This document shows, piece after piece, positions 28,627 through 37,467 of a stretch of 64,000 nt of DNA. The notes beneath the pieces were generated by a model that had not been told where the DNA came from, did no database searches, and worked only from the letters and a program-made list of their open reading frames with translations. The DNA is from Clostridia bacterium. GTDB lineage: Bacteria > Bacillota > Clostridia > Christensenellales > UBA1242. Positions within the stretch are counted from its first letter, which is position 1; the number at the start of each line of letters is the position of its first letter. Made by a program: the position numbers and the translations under genes. The stretch covers positions 73,807 to 137,806 of the forward strand of contig JAFVTW010000003.1 of NCBI GenBank assembly GCA_017503005.1. The letters are read 5' to 3'.

Positions 28627-31600
28627 CTATAAATAACCTTCATTATATTCTTCAATTTGCGTTCTTGTTAATTCTTTTCTGTTCCATTGAATATATTGAT
28701 TTATAATAGGCTCATATTCTAACAACTTATTTTCTTTTAGTTTGTTTTTTACATCCAGTAACATGTCATAATTCTTTTCTATGTAATGAACTCTGCTTCC
28801 AGACCAAGAATGAGGACCTCCTGCAATAGGAATTTTAAGTAAAAGTTCTTTTTTACATTTATTGGTCATTAATAAAATAATAAACTTTTTTTGTATATCA
28901 TGCGAGTATTCTTCTACAATTGACATTAATTCAAATAATTTCTCTCTATCATCAATATTACACAATATCAATTCTTCCAATATTTCTATTCGTTGATTTG
29001 TATCTCCGCAAGCCAAAACATGTTCCAAATCAAACCTTGAAAGGATTTTATTATTGAGTAAATATTTACATAGAAATATAATTAAATCCTTCCAATCTTG
29101 TCTTTTCCACAAAAAACGAACATCTATTTGATCCACATTCTTTATATATTCTTTCAAATATTCTTTATCTAAATCAATAATGTAATTTATGAAATTCCTT
29201 TCGTAGTCAACATGATGTTTTTTAGATAACAACCTAAAATATAATTGAATTAAAACATAAATAGATTCTTTATAATAAACTATAGATTTTTGAACTATTT
29301 CTTTATGAAATAGTGTGGAAAACACAAGGCAAATCATATAATTATCTTCATTTAATGCTAGGTTAGTTGATTCAATATAAAAATCATAATTAAAGTCATA
29401 ATATTTGTTTAATCTTAATATTTGATCACATCCTCTAATCACCTTAAGATTTGATGTATTCGAAAATAAATTTAAACATTCATTATAAATAGTTTCATCT
29501 ATTTTATCGGCATAACAAAATACAGAAAATAAATAATTCCATTTATATTCAAAACAGCTTTTTTCAAATAACAACTTAATTTTATTAAATCCATTTTCTT
29601 GTATTAATAGTTCAATAAATTTATCAGAATAAATATAGCAAGAAGAAAATTCGGAATTTAAGAATTTTATTATATCCAATCTTGCACAATCTTTATAGGT
29701 TTTCTGTTCTAATAAAAGATTTATTATTGTTTCAGTCGGTGTTTTATACGATTCAATAACATCACTTGATTGTTTTAATTGTCTTATGATCTTAAAAATT
29801 TTTCTTTTGGTAAGATTCTTTAATTCTTTAGTGATATTGTCATATTTTTCTGGCCATCTATAAGAACTTCGTTCTTGCATATCTAACAATTTTAACGCTA
29901 ATGCTTTTTCTTTGATATGTTTAGTTGAAAACATTTTTTTATTTATTCTTTCAAAATATCTTAGTAAGCTATACTTAAACACTAAACTACTAAATTCTTT
30001 TTCGTTTATTGTATTTAAAAAATTTTGTATTAAAGAAAATTCTAAACTTTCTGTTTTCTTTGCTGTTTTTAAAATAGAATAATGTGTAATGGCTTTGCTT
30101 AATTGTCCCAATTCATTACATGAGCATTGCTTATAAACATCATTAACAATATCCCAAAGCAATTTTCTATAGACTTCAACACCCAAATTCCATCCAAGTG
30201 GAACATTATAAAATGTCAAATTACGGCCATAAGATTCTGTGCTTTCAAAGCAAAACTTACAATGTTTTTCAATAACTTTTATTTTAAAGCACACTTGTCC
30301 ATCTAAAGATTTTAATAGTTTAAGCATTTGATTTTGTGTATCATAATTATTATCAAAAGATTTTTGTGTAACTATATAATTTTCGATTATTAATTTTTCA
30401 ATAGTTTCTTTATATTCTCCAGTAGAATTTTTTAATTCTCTGAATATTAAGTTTGTTGCTTGTTCAGAATAGTCAGTTTCTAAAAAATTTATTAATAGTT
30501 CAACATATTCCTTCTTATTAGATTCTAACTTTTTATCAATAATTTCTAAAGATTCGCTCGGATTAGCCAATTCTAAAGCAGATAAATAAGTAAATAGTAA
30601 TGGGTTATCTTCTTCGTAAAGAATATCTTGAACTCTTTTGATTTCTGATACTAAATACAAATTATTGTTGTAAACATAATTTAAAGAGTTTATGGAATCA
30701 ACTATATTTCCTCTATGCGTTTTTAAAAATTTAACTAGTAAATCTTCTAGTTTTAATATTTTCTTATGAATAAAGACATAATTAAATAAATATGTTCGTA
30801 AAATTTGATCTTCCATTACCGCAATATTATCATCATAGATCAATTTGATAATTTCTTTATTATCCCAATATTGAATGGAATATAAAAAATCTTCCTTTGC
30901 TAATTTGAATGTGTCTAGAATATTATTCAATAATGACTCGTTTTTATCTTTTAAATAAATTTTTTGAAAGAAAGCAAAAATTCCTAGTGTTTTTAATAAT
31001 TTTTCATCTCTTATTAAACTTTCTTCATTTATGTCTTTAAAAATTTTTATAAAATGATTTTCAAGAATATCTTTAATTTCAGGATATGAGTTGTCGGTCT
31101 TTAAAATTGTTCTAGATGCTAATATTGCAAATCTCAAATTCCCTTTAGATACTTTTATAATATAATCAAGATATTTGTCGTTCTGAATATTATATTCTTG
31201 CTTAATGATATTTTTGATTTCATCATTAGTTAAAGACTTTAATTCATAAGTATCAAAATCCATTCTATAAACCGACATGATTGATTTTAATGCATAATCT
31301 CTTACAGTTGCCACAATTTTTATATTATTTTTTTCATGTACAAATTTATTTATTCTATCAAAAATTGACACTCTATTAATATCATCGATTATTAGTAAAT
31401 ATTCAACATCTGTATTAACTAAAAATCTATTAAAATCTTTGCTAATATCAAATGAACTATTATTTAAAACATAAACCTCTCGCTTTGCTCCTTGATTTTG
31501 CCATTCTTCAGCAACTTCTAAAACAAATCTTGTTTTACCATCTCCAGCTTTGCCATATACAATCACTGAACCATTCGAAATAAAATCCAATAGTTTATTT

Positions 31601-32169
31601 TTATCTTCTTCTCTATAATGAAACTTGCAATTATGTTCTTCAGTGAATTGTTTTGACGCTTTATATGACAACAAAGAATTTAAACTTCCATCAGATAAGT
31701 TAATGTTCAACCAATCATTTGCAATAATAGGACACTGCAAATATATTAATTGAGTTAAATCATCTAAGCCAACAAAAATAAAATTAAATCCCTTACCTGT
31801 AACATATTCTAGGATTTCATTTAGTGTTTTAATTTTTATATTTTGGTTACAGCAGAATATGATTTCATGCAAAGCAATTTGCTGTTTCTCAAATTCTTCA
31901 ATACATCTATCTATATCATGTTTAATTTTAGTTTCAATTTTTGAATCTACAGAACATTGTACAGCTATATTTTTTGCATCTGAAACAATAAATATATCGG
32001 GAGTTCCTTTTGTTGTTCTTAATTTTCCATGCTGTACACCAATCTTTTCAATGTGGGTATTACTATTTGTCTTTAATTTACATATATATGGAACCATATC
32101 TCCAATCATTCTTTCAAATCTGACGGGATCTATATTTATTAATGCATTTTCAATTTCAACAGACTTCAC
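28627..32169 (-). CDS. STAND/Avs-like P-loop NTPase, 1180 aa, with restriction-endonuclease-like N-terminus and long helical C-terminal region
   Basis: GTG start with RBS AAGGAGG. N-terminal GTPDIFIV...IAVQCS, Walker A GKAGDGKT, Walker B LLIIDDINR, then about 800 aa of helix-rich sequence. Confidence 0.55.
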   Translation of the reverse strand: MKSVEIENALINIDPVRFERMIGDMVPYICKLKTNSNTHIEKIGVQHGKLRTTKGTPDIFIVSDAKNIAVQCSVDSKIETKIKHDIDRCIEEFEKQQIALHEIIFCCNQNIKIKTLNEILEYVTGKGFNFIFVGLDDLTQLIYLQCPIIANDWLNINLSDGSLNSLLSYKASKQFTEEHNCKFHYREEDKNKLLDFISNGSVIVYGKAGDGKTRFVLEVAEEWQNQGAKREVYVLNNSSFDISKDFNRFLVNTDVEYLLIIDDINRVSIFDRINKFVHEKNNIKIVATVRDYALKSIMSVYRMDFDTYELKSLTNDEIKNIIKQEYNIQNDKYLDYIIKVSKGNLRFAILASRTILKTDNSYPEIKDILENHFIKIFKDINEESLIRDEKLLKTLGIFAFFQKIYLKDKNESLLNNILDTFKLAKEDFLYSIQYWDNKEIIKLIYDDNIAVMEDQILRTYLFNYVFIHKKILKLEDLLVKFLKTHRGNIVDSINSLNYVYNNNLYLVSEIKRVQDILYEEDNPLLFTYLSALELANPSESLEIIDKKLESNKKEYVELLINFLETDYSEQATNLIFRELKNSTGEYKETIEKLIIENYIVTQKSFDNNYDTQNQMLKLLKSLDGQVCFKIKVIEKHCKFCFESTESYGRNLTFYNVPLGWNLGVEVYRKLLWDIVNDVYKQCSCNELGQLSKAITHYSILKTAKKTESLEFSLIQNFLNTINEKEFSSLVFKYSLLRYFERINKKMFSTKHIKEKALALKLLDMQERSSYRWPEKYDNITKELKNLTKRKIFKIIRQLKQSSDVIESYKTPTETIINLLLEQKTYKDCARLDIIKFLNSEFSSCYIYSDKFIELLIQENGFNKIKLLFEKSCFEYKWNYLFSVFCYADKIDETIYNECLNLFSNTSNLKVIRGCDQILRLNKYYDFNYDFYIESTNLALNEDNYMICLVFSTLFHKEIVQKSIVYYKESIYVLIQLYFRLLSKKHHVDYERNFINYIIDLDKEYLKEYIKNVDQIDVRFLWKRQDWKDLIIFLCKYLLNNKILSRFDLEHVLACGDTNQRIEILEELILCNIDDREKLFELMSIVEEYSHDIQKKFIILLMTNKCKKELLLKIPIAGGPHSWSGSRVHYIEKNYDMLLDVKNKLKENKLLEYEPIINQYIQWNRKELTRTQIEEYNEGYL

Positions 32170-32223
32170 TAAGTTCCTCCTTTTAGATTATTTTTTTAGA
32201 TTTCTAATAGATTTTTATTAACA

Positions 32224-35200
32224 TTAATCTATTAACCCATGCTTTTTTAATCGAGACCTAATACCGCCAATTTTTCTTTGATGAATATCTGCTATTTCTT
32301 TGATAGATAATCCTTGTTTAAATTCTTTTATTAGTTGTAAATCTTCCTGTTCTGTCCATCTTTCCCATGCGGAAGGGAAATTTTCATCATGTTGTAACTT
32401 TTCTTTAATTTTAACTTTCTTTTCTAGCTCTAATTCCATAATTTCTTTTATTACATCAATGTCAATATTTAAACTATTTACATTATCGTTAACTCTAACA
32501 GTTGGGTATAACCCACCAGTTTTATAAAGAATATTTTCGCCAACAAGATATTCAATTAAATTAAAGATTGATTTTGTTTTAATTTTGTTTAAACAAGCAT
32601 ACAATTTTTCATTATGTAAACCCGCATCCAACAATTGTTGTGGTTTGTTTCCCTTTAAGAAGTTCGCCAACATTGTTGCACCGTAATATGTTGATCGATT
32701 CATATCTTTACATGCTTGAATTATAATTTTGCAGATATCTAGTTCTGTAATTGAATCATTATTTGAATCACAATTATTTTTTGGAGCGGATTGACCATCC
32801 AGTTCATTGTCTTTATCTTCAGCAATCTTAGTAATGTCCATTGTTTCTTCTTTAGTTGTTTGCTTGTTGGACTGAACATCTGGTTCTAATTCGGTTTCTT
32901 TTTGATTAAAATCTTCAAATTCAATTATTTCATCTTTATCTAAGTTATCGTCATAATCTTTTTGTGATAATGTATTGCTACATCCTGATCCGTCAACTTT
33001 ATAATTTGTACAACCCAAGAAAGGATACTCATTTTTTGTTTTTACAATTAAATAACCGTCTAAACACTCTGTACATTTTTGAATAGACATTTTTCCACCA
33101 ACAAGATTGTTAGATAAAAATCCACATACTTCAGGTTCGTTTGTACATATCCAAAGTGTCATTCCACAACCTTTCTTATGTCTTCTTTGTAAAGGATATC
33201 CACATAATGGGCAAACTTTATTTGTAATAAGACCATGAGCTTCAGGATTTAAATTTCCTTTCAAAACTATGTTTTTATACTCATTCTTAATTTCTAATAC
33301 AAACTGAGAAGGATGTTTTTCTGGTGCAATTAAATATACTCTATTTTTAGTTCTAGTTAAGGCAACATAAAATAATCTTCTTTCTTCAGCATATTCTATC
33401 TCATTGTGTTGTTTAATAACTAATTTCATTACAGGATCATCTTCAATTTTAGAAGGAAATCCATATACAGCATCTTTTGCATTGATAATAATGACATTAT
33501 CATAACCTAAACCTTTAGAACTATGTGCAGTTAAAAATTCAATGTTTACACTTGGATGTTTTATTGATTTAACTTTGCTTCCTCTTGAAAAATACTCAAA
33601 TTTACCTGTTCTAACTAAATTTTCACCATCATAATTATATCTTCCAATTAAAAGTATTTTACTATCTTTTCCATTAGTTTTAATAATTTCCGATATTGCA
33701 TATTCTAAGGCTTCAGCCATTCTATTCAATGGGCCTGATTCCTTTGCCGTTTCATTATATCTCTTCGGAGAATCGTCATAACTTACAACAATAACAGGAT
33801 CATCTATATGCTTTGGTGAAACTAATGTTTTTTTAATCTGAGCATCATTTTTTTGAATAAATCCCCCTGCAATATCAATAACCTCTTGTGCATTTCGATA
33901 GGTGCGAGTAATTTTAAGTTCCTCACCGTAACCCATCTTTTCACAAAATTGTGTAAACAAAGTAACATCTGAACCACTAAACGCAAAAATAGACTGCCAA
34001 TCATCACCAACCGCAATTATTTTAGCATTTGTAACTTTTGACAATTCTTTTGCCATATCAAAGCGCTGTCTTGAAATGTCTTGATACTCATCAATGATGA
34101 TATATTTAAAATCAAGTTTTTGTTTTAAAGAAGCAACTTCTCTTAATGCTCGTGCCGCATCATTTATCATATCTTGAAAATCTACCGCATTATTTCTAAC
34201 TAAGGCCTTTTGGTACTCAAGATAACATTCTCTACAGATTTCTAAAAACAATTTTGTTCTTTCGCTCTTTGTAGTTCTTATAAAGTCATAAAATTGTTCT
34301 TCAGTATATCCATTAACTTTAAAGTTATTTATAAAGTCACAAATTAAATATACCATCTTAGAAACATATTTATTTTCTTGAATTGATGTTAATTTCTCTA
34401 ACACTTCTTGTGATGGTTTAGGATTTAGTTCTATATTATTTTCATTCAGCAATTGTTGTAAATGATCTAAAAGACTTCTTCCATCATTATATTGTGAAAA
34501 GGTATATATAAGTTTTGTATTATGTTTTTTATGTATTAGAATCTTATCGTTTATTGATTTTTTATATTTTTCAAGCTCTTCTTTAGTATATTTATTATTT
34601 TCACCATTTTCAGAAATACCGAAATGCTCTAAATAATATTGTTTTCCGTTTTGTTTAATCAGAAAATCTGGAGTATATCTTTTTTTAGACATAAAGATAT
34701 AATATGGATAATTAGGTTCATATTCGTAATCTATGCCATTTAAATATAGGAAGTTTGCGATTTGTACTTCTTGAGCTGAATTTACTATTTCATTATTTAA
34801 AGTTACTTTTTTATTTGAGTTTTTCTCTACAAAACTATATTGATATTCATTTAAGTTGCTTTTCAATGTAGAAAAGTCTGATTTTACTATATGATTTAAA
34901 AATTCCTGCTTATTGTCACCTTCATATTGACTATCAAAATAACTTCCAAAAAACAAAACTATATTGTCAGCCGATCTTTTGTCTTTCATTTTGTTTAAGA
35001 AATAATCTTTGACAGTATTATATAAAAATCCACCTTCAACAATATTTAATTTTTCATCCGTTTTCTTTCTTAAAATTGCATTTCCCGCAGAGTGAAAAGT
35101 TGTAATTGGACACTCTATTTTCAAGTCTTTGTTTATTTTATCTTTTAACTCACCAACAGCTTTATTAGTAAAAGATATAATCAATATTTGCTTTGGATCT

Positions 35201-35694
35201 ACATTTTTCTTTTCTACTAAATATTTTACTTTAGCTGCAACGGTAGTAGTTTTCCCGGCACCAGCACCTGCAATCACTAAACAATAATCTTCATCAGTAA
35301 GAATAACTTTCCTTTGATCATCATCTAACATTATTTTAGGATCAACATCTTTTAATATTTCATCTAAATATTTCTTTTCTTTATTCATTTTTGCTTGGAC
35401 AAAAGATTTATTTCTATTAGAGACCACATCCTTCAAACTGCTATAATTTGAAATAAACTCAATTACCATATTTTCAGAAATTTTATTTTTCTTACAGTAT
35501 GATTTTAATAGTCCAGCATTTTTAATCGCACAAAAAGAATTATATGCTTTTTCATAATCTTTAAAAAGAAACATATAATCTTTTCTTGAAATATAATTAT
35601 CTGAATCCATCAATTCTTTTAGTTTGGAATTAAAAGCTTCTACATCTTTAATTTCTTCAGGTAATTCTGTCTTTTTAAAATTAAACCAAAACAT
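32224..35694 (-). CDS. Helicase IV/UvrD-like SF1 helicase with Vsr-like nuclease insert, two topoisomerase-type zinc ribbons and C-terminal HTH modules
   Basis: AGAGAGKTTT, IIIDEYQD, VGDDWQSIFAFSG, LTAHSSKGLGYDNVII, LFYVALTRTKNRVYL. Insert NGIDYEYEPNY...RYTPDFLI...YLEHFG. CPLCGY...CTNEPEVCGF and CTEC...GCTNYKVDGSGC. RBS AAGGAGA. Confidence 0.75.
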   Translation of the reverse strand: MFWFNFKKTELPEEIKDVEAFNSKLKELMDSDNYISRKDYMFLFKDYEKAYNSFCAIKNAGLLKSYCKKNKISENMVIEFISNYSSLKDVVSNRNKSFVQAKMNKEKKYLDEILKDVDPKIMLDDDQRKVILTDEDYCLVIAGAGAGKTTTVAAKVKYLVEKKNVDPKQILIISFTNKAVGELKDKINKDLKIECPITTFHSAGNAILRKKTDEKLNIVEGGFLYNTVKDYFLNKMKDKRSADNIVLFFGSYFDSQYEGDNKQEFLNHIVKSDFSTLKSNLNEYQYSFVEKNSNKKVTLNNEIVNSAQEVQIANFLYLNGIDYEYEPNYPYYIFMSKKRYTPDFLIKQNGKQYYLEHFGISENGENNKYTKEELEKYKKSINDKILIHKKHNTKLIYTFSQYNDGRSLLDHLQQLLNENNIELNPKPSQEVLEKLTSIQENKYVSKMVYLICDFINNFKVNGYTEEQFYDFIRTTKSERTKLFLEICRECYLEYQKALVRNNAVDFQDMINDAARALREVASLKQKLDFKYIIIDEYQDISRQRFDMAKELSKVTNAKIIAVGDDWQSIFAFSGSDVTLFTQFCEKMGYGEELKITRTYRNAQEVIDIAGGFIQKNDAQIKKTLVSPKHIDDPVIVVSYDDSPKRYNETAKESGPLNRMAEALEYAISEIIKTNGKDSKILLIGRYNYDGENLVRTGKFEYFSRGSKVKSIKHPSVNIEFLTAHSSKGLGYDNVIIINAKDAVYGFPSKIEDDPVMKLVIKQHNEIEYAEERRLFYVALTRTKNRVYLIAPEKHPSQFVLEIKNEYKNIVLKGNLNPEAHGLITNKVCPLCGYPLQRRHKKGCGMTLWICTNEPEVCGFLSNNLVGGKMSIQKCTECLDGYLIVKTKNEYPFLGCTNYKVDGSGCSNTLSQKDYDDNLDKDEIIEFEDFNQKETELEPDVQSNKQTTKEETMDITKIAEDKDNELDGQSAPKNNCDSNNDSITELDICKIIIQACKDMNRSTYYGATMLANFLKGNKPQQLLDAGLHNEKLYACLNKIKTKSIFNLIEYLVGENILYKTGGLYPTVRVNDNVNSLNIDIDVIKEIMELELEKKVKIKEKLQHDENFPSAWERWTEQEDLQLIKEFKQGLSIKEIADIHQRKIGGIRSRLKKHGLID

Positions 35695-35715
35695 ACAATT
35701 CTCCTTATAAGTTTT

Positions 35716-35724
35716 ATTATATCA
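35716..35724 (-). promoter_or_regulatory. Extended -10 element upstream of island operon A
   Basis: Minus strand reads TGATATAAT, about 20 nt upstream of the RBS. Confidence 0.4.
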
Positions 35725-35999
35725 TATATTTGAAATTTTTGTATTATTTTTAGAATATTACTTGTTAAAATTATTATTTTCTCCTGACAACACTTATTGT
35801 TCGGTTTTAGGCGAGTTTAGATGGTTTTAGGTGGAAAAATTAGGTGTTTCGGCGGGTTAAAATGGGGCTTTTGTTGTCAACTGTTGTCAGATTTTTGAAA
35901 ATTGACAACAATTGGAAGATTTTGGAGTAACAAAAAACACAGGAAATATAAGGGTTTCCTGTGCATTGAGTTCGAGTCTCGTTTGGGTAAAATTCAATA

Positions 36000-36147
36000 C
36001 TTGGTAAGGCAGAGGTCACGGGTTCAAGTCCCGTCATCAGCTCCAATCATAAACCTTTGAAAAACCCTGTAAAATCGGGCACTTTCAAAGGTTTTTTATT
36101 TTCTAAAATTTTTGATAATTTTTAACTCAAAAAACATTAGGTGTCAA
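36000..36147 (+). repeat. Right direct repeat: displaced 3' fragment of tRNA-Thr (36000-36045) plus terminator region, attR-like
   Basis: Matches 21916-22063. Upstream flank is unrelated to the tRNA 5' half. Confidence 0.85.
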
Positions 36148-36178
36148 TTTTTGGAGCAATTGCTGTCAAAAAAGAGAC

Positions 36179-36219
36179 AAAAAAATAGACCGATAGTCAA
36201 ATCTTGAACTGTCGGTCTA
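36179..36219 (-). terminator. Rho-independent terminator (minus strand)
   Basis: Hairpin tagaccgacagt/actatcggtcta followed by a T-run. Homologous in position to 22084-22120. Confidence 0.6.
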
Positions 36220-36272
36220 AATTGTTCTAAAACTATATGAAACGGGTATATTTGCTGTCAATTGCTGTCAAA

Positions 36273-36416
36273 TTATTTTTGAGGATATCTATCTTTTGGC
36301 ACACTATCATGAACTTTCAAATCTTCTTCATCAACCATGATATCTGCAATGTCTTTTCCTGTATAAAACTCAGCAAATACAACTTGCCACCTTCCATTGA
36401 TTGTTTTTTCACTCAT
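36273..36416 (-). CDS. Unlisted 47-aa ORF (MSEKTINGRWQVVFAEFYTGKDIADIMVDEEDLKVHDSVPKDRYPQK)
   Basis: Below the track size cut-off. GGAG lies upstream, TTGCAA-N17-TAATAT promoter-like element at about 36440-36480, terminator at 36179-36219. Confidence 0.35.
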   Translation of the reverse strand: MSEKTINGRWQVVFAEFYTGKDIADIMVDEEDLKVHDSVPKDRYPQK

Positions 36417-36523
36417 TATGGCACCAAAATCTCCAACCTTATTGGTACCCTTTAGTCGATATTGTTAATTATATTAATCATATATTTGTGATTTTGCAAG
36501 ATACATTATTTTTGAATTTTTCA

Positions 36524-36553
36524 ACAAAAAATCGGCAGTATATCACTGTCGAT
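36524..36553 (-). terminator. Rho-independent terminator after the ARH cassette
   Basis: On the minus strand: hairpin atcgacagtg/(t)actgccgat followed by a T6 run. Confidence 0.65.
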
Positions 36554-36563
36554 TTTGTAAAGA

Positions 36564-37466
36564 TTAACTATGAAGAGATGGGATTTCGATGCCATTTTCT
36601 GCAAAGACTTTTGTGAAAAATTTCGCACTATCGTATGCTTCAGGGGTCTTTTTGAAGATGGATTTTTTGTACCATTTAGATATAGGAAGCACTCCAGTAT
36701 GCAAACCTTTTTTTGTTTTTTCTTGTGGGTTTGCTAATTTGATGAAGTTTTGGAAATCTTTATAGATTTTTTTCATTTTTGCTGCATCGTCTATGATAAA
36801 TAAATCTTTGTTTGCTTCGGTTAGACAAGCTACATAATTTTTCGTGATTTTAAATCTATCTAGAAGTCTTCCTATGTTTTTACAGCACATATATTCGTAT
36901 TCTAAATTTTCAAATTTAGCAAAATTGTCTTTTTCTTGTTTTAAAACTAATTCATCGTTTAATAAATGTAGGGTTTCTTCTCCAAATGGTGTAAGGCTAT
37001 TGGTAGAAATTTTAAAGTCTACAAAGTTGTTTTTTTCTAGCCAATAGCATAGTTGGTAGCAAGCTTCTCTTTGTTTTCTATCATCAAATTTTGCTATTTC
37101 TGCTAGTAAGTTAGATATAGTGAATTTTTGACTCGTAGGCATTTGCATGATTTTATCTTTTAAAATGTTAAGTAGTTTTGAAGGGGTGTATTTGATTTGA
37201 TTTACATCTGTTCTTTTGCCGAACATAAATTCTTGTAGCAGTTCCTTTTCGGTCATACCAGATGATCCCAGCATTGTTTCGCCATTTTCATTTGCCAAAA
37301 TTATAATGCCACCTTTATATCTAGGTGGTATTACTTCTAGGCTGGGTGTAAGCGAAACCATAAGTATATTTGAGTTTGAAATCAAATGGCTAGACGATTT
37401 GATTGTTTGAAAGTCAACATCTAATGTTTGTGCTACTAATTCTTGGATTTTCTTTAGATTACTCAT
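36564..37466 (-). CDS. Hypothetical protein (300 aa)
   Basis: Long ORF, 1-nt gap to the upstream ARH gene. Confidence 0.6.
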   Translation of the reverse strand: MSNLKKIQELVAQTLDVDFQTIKSSSHLISNSNILMVSLTPSLEVIPPRYKGGIIILANENGETMLGSSGMTEKELLQEFMFGKRTDVNQIKYTPSKLLNILKDKIMQMPTSQKFTISNLLAEIAKFDDRKQREACYQLCYWLEKNNFVDFKISTNSLTPFGEETLHLLNDELVLKQEKDNFAKFENLEYEYMCCKNIGRLLDRFKITKNYVACLTEANKDLFIIDDAAKMKKIYKDFQNFIKLANPQEKTKKGLHTGVLPISKWYKKSIFKKTPEAYDSAKFFTKVFAENGIEIPSLHS

Positions 37467-37467
37467 A

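Larger units (their letters stand above)
21916..36147. mobile_element. Genomic (defence-type) island inserted in tRNA-Thr; no recombinase gene detected
   Basis: Flanking direct repeats start in the anticodon stem. Content is all minus-strand, visibly more AT-rich, and made of helicase/NTPase/nuclease/kinase genes. Confidence 0.65.

Noticed and set aside
35961-35999. tRNA-like T-arm fragment (GAGTTCGAGTCTCGTTTGGGTA) just inside the right junction, preceded by a perfect 9-bp hairpin (cacaggaaa/tttcctgtg)
   Set aside because: The stem pairing is imperfect and there is no acceptor/CCA context. It could be a relic of another tRNA att site, but the evidence is insufficient.
35840-36046. 68-aa minus-strand ORF
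   Set aside because: It runs through the displaced tRNA-Thr fragment and the repeat motifs, so it is an artefact of the tRNA sequence.
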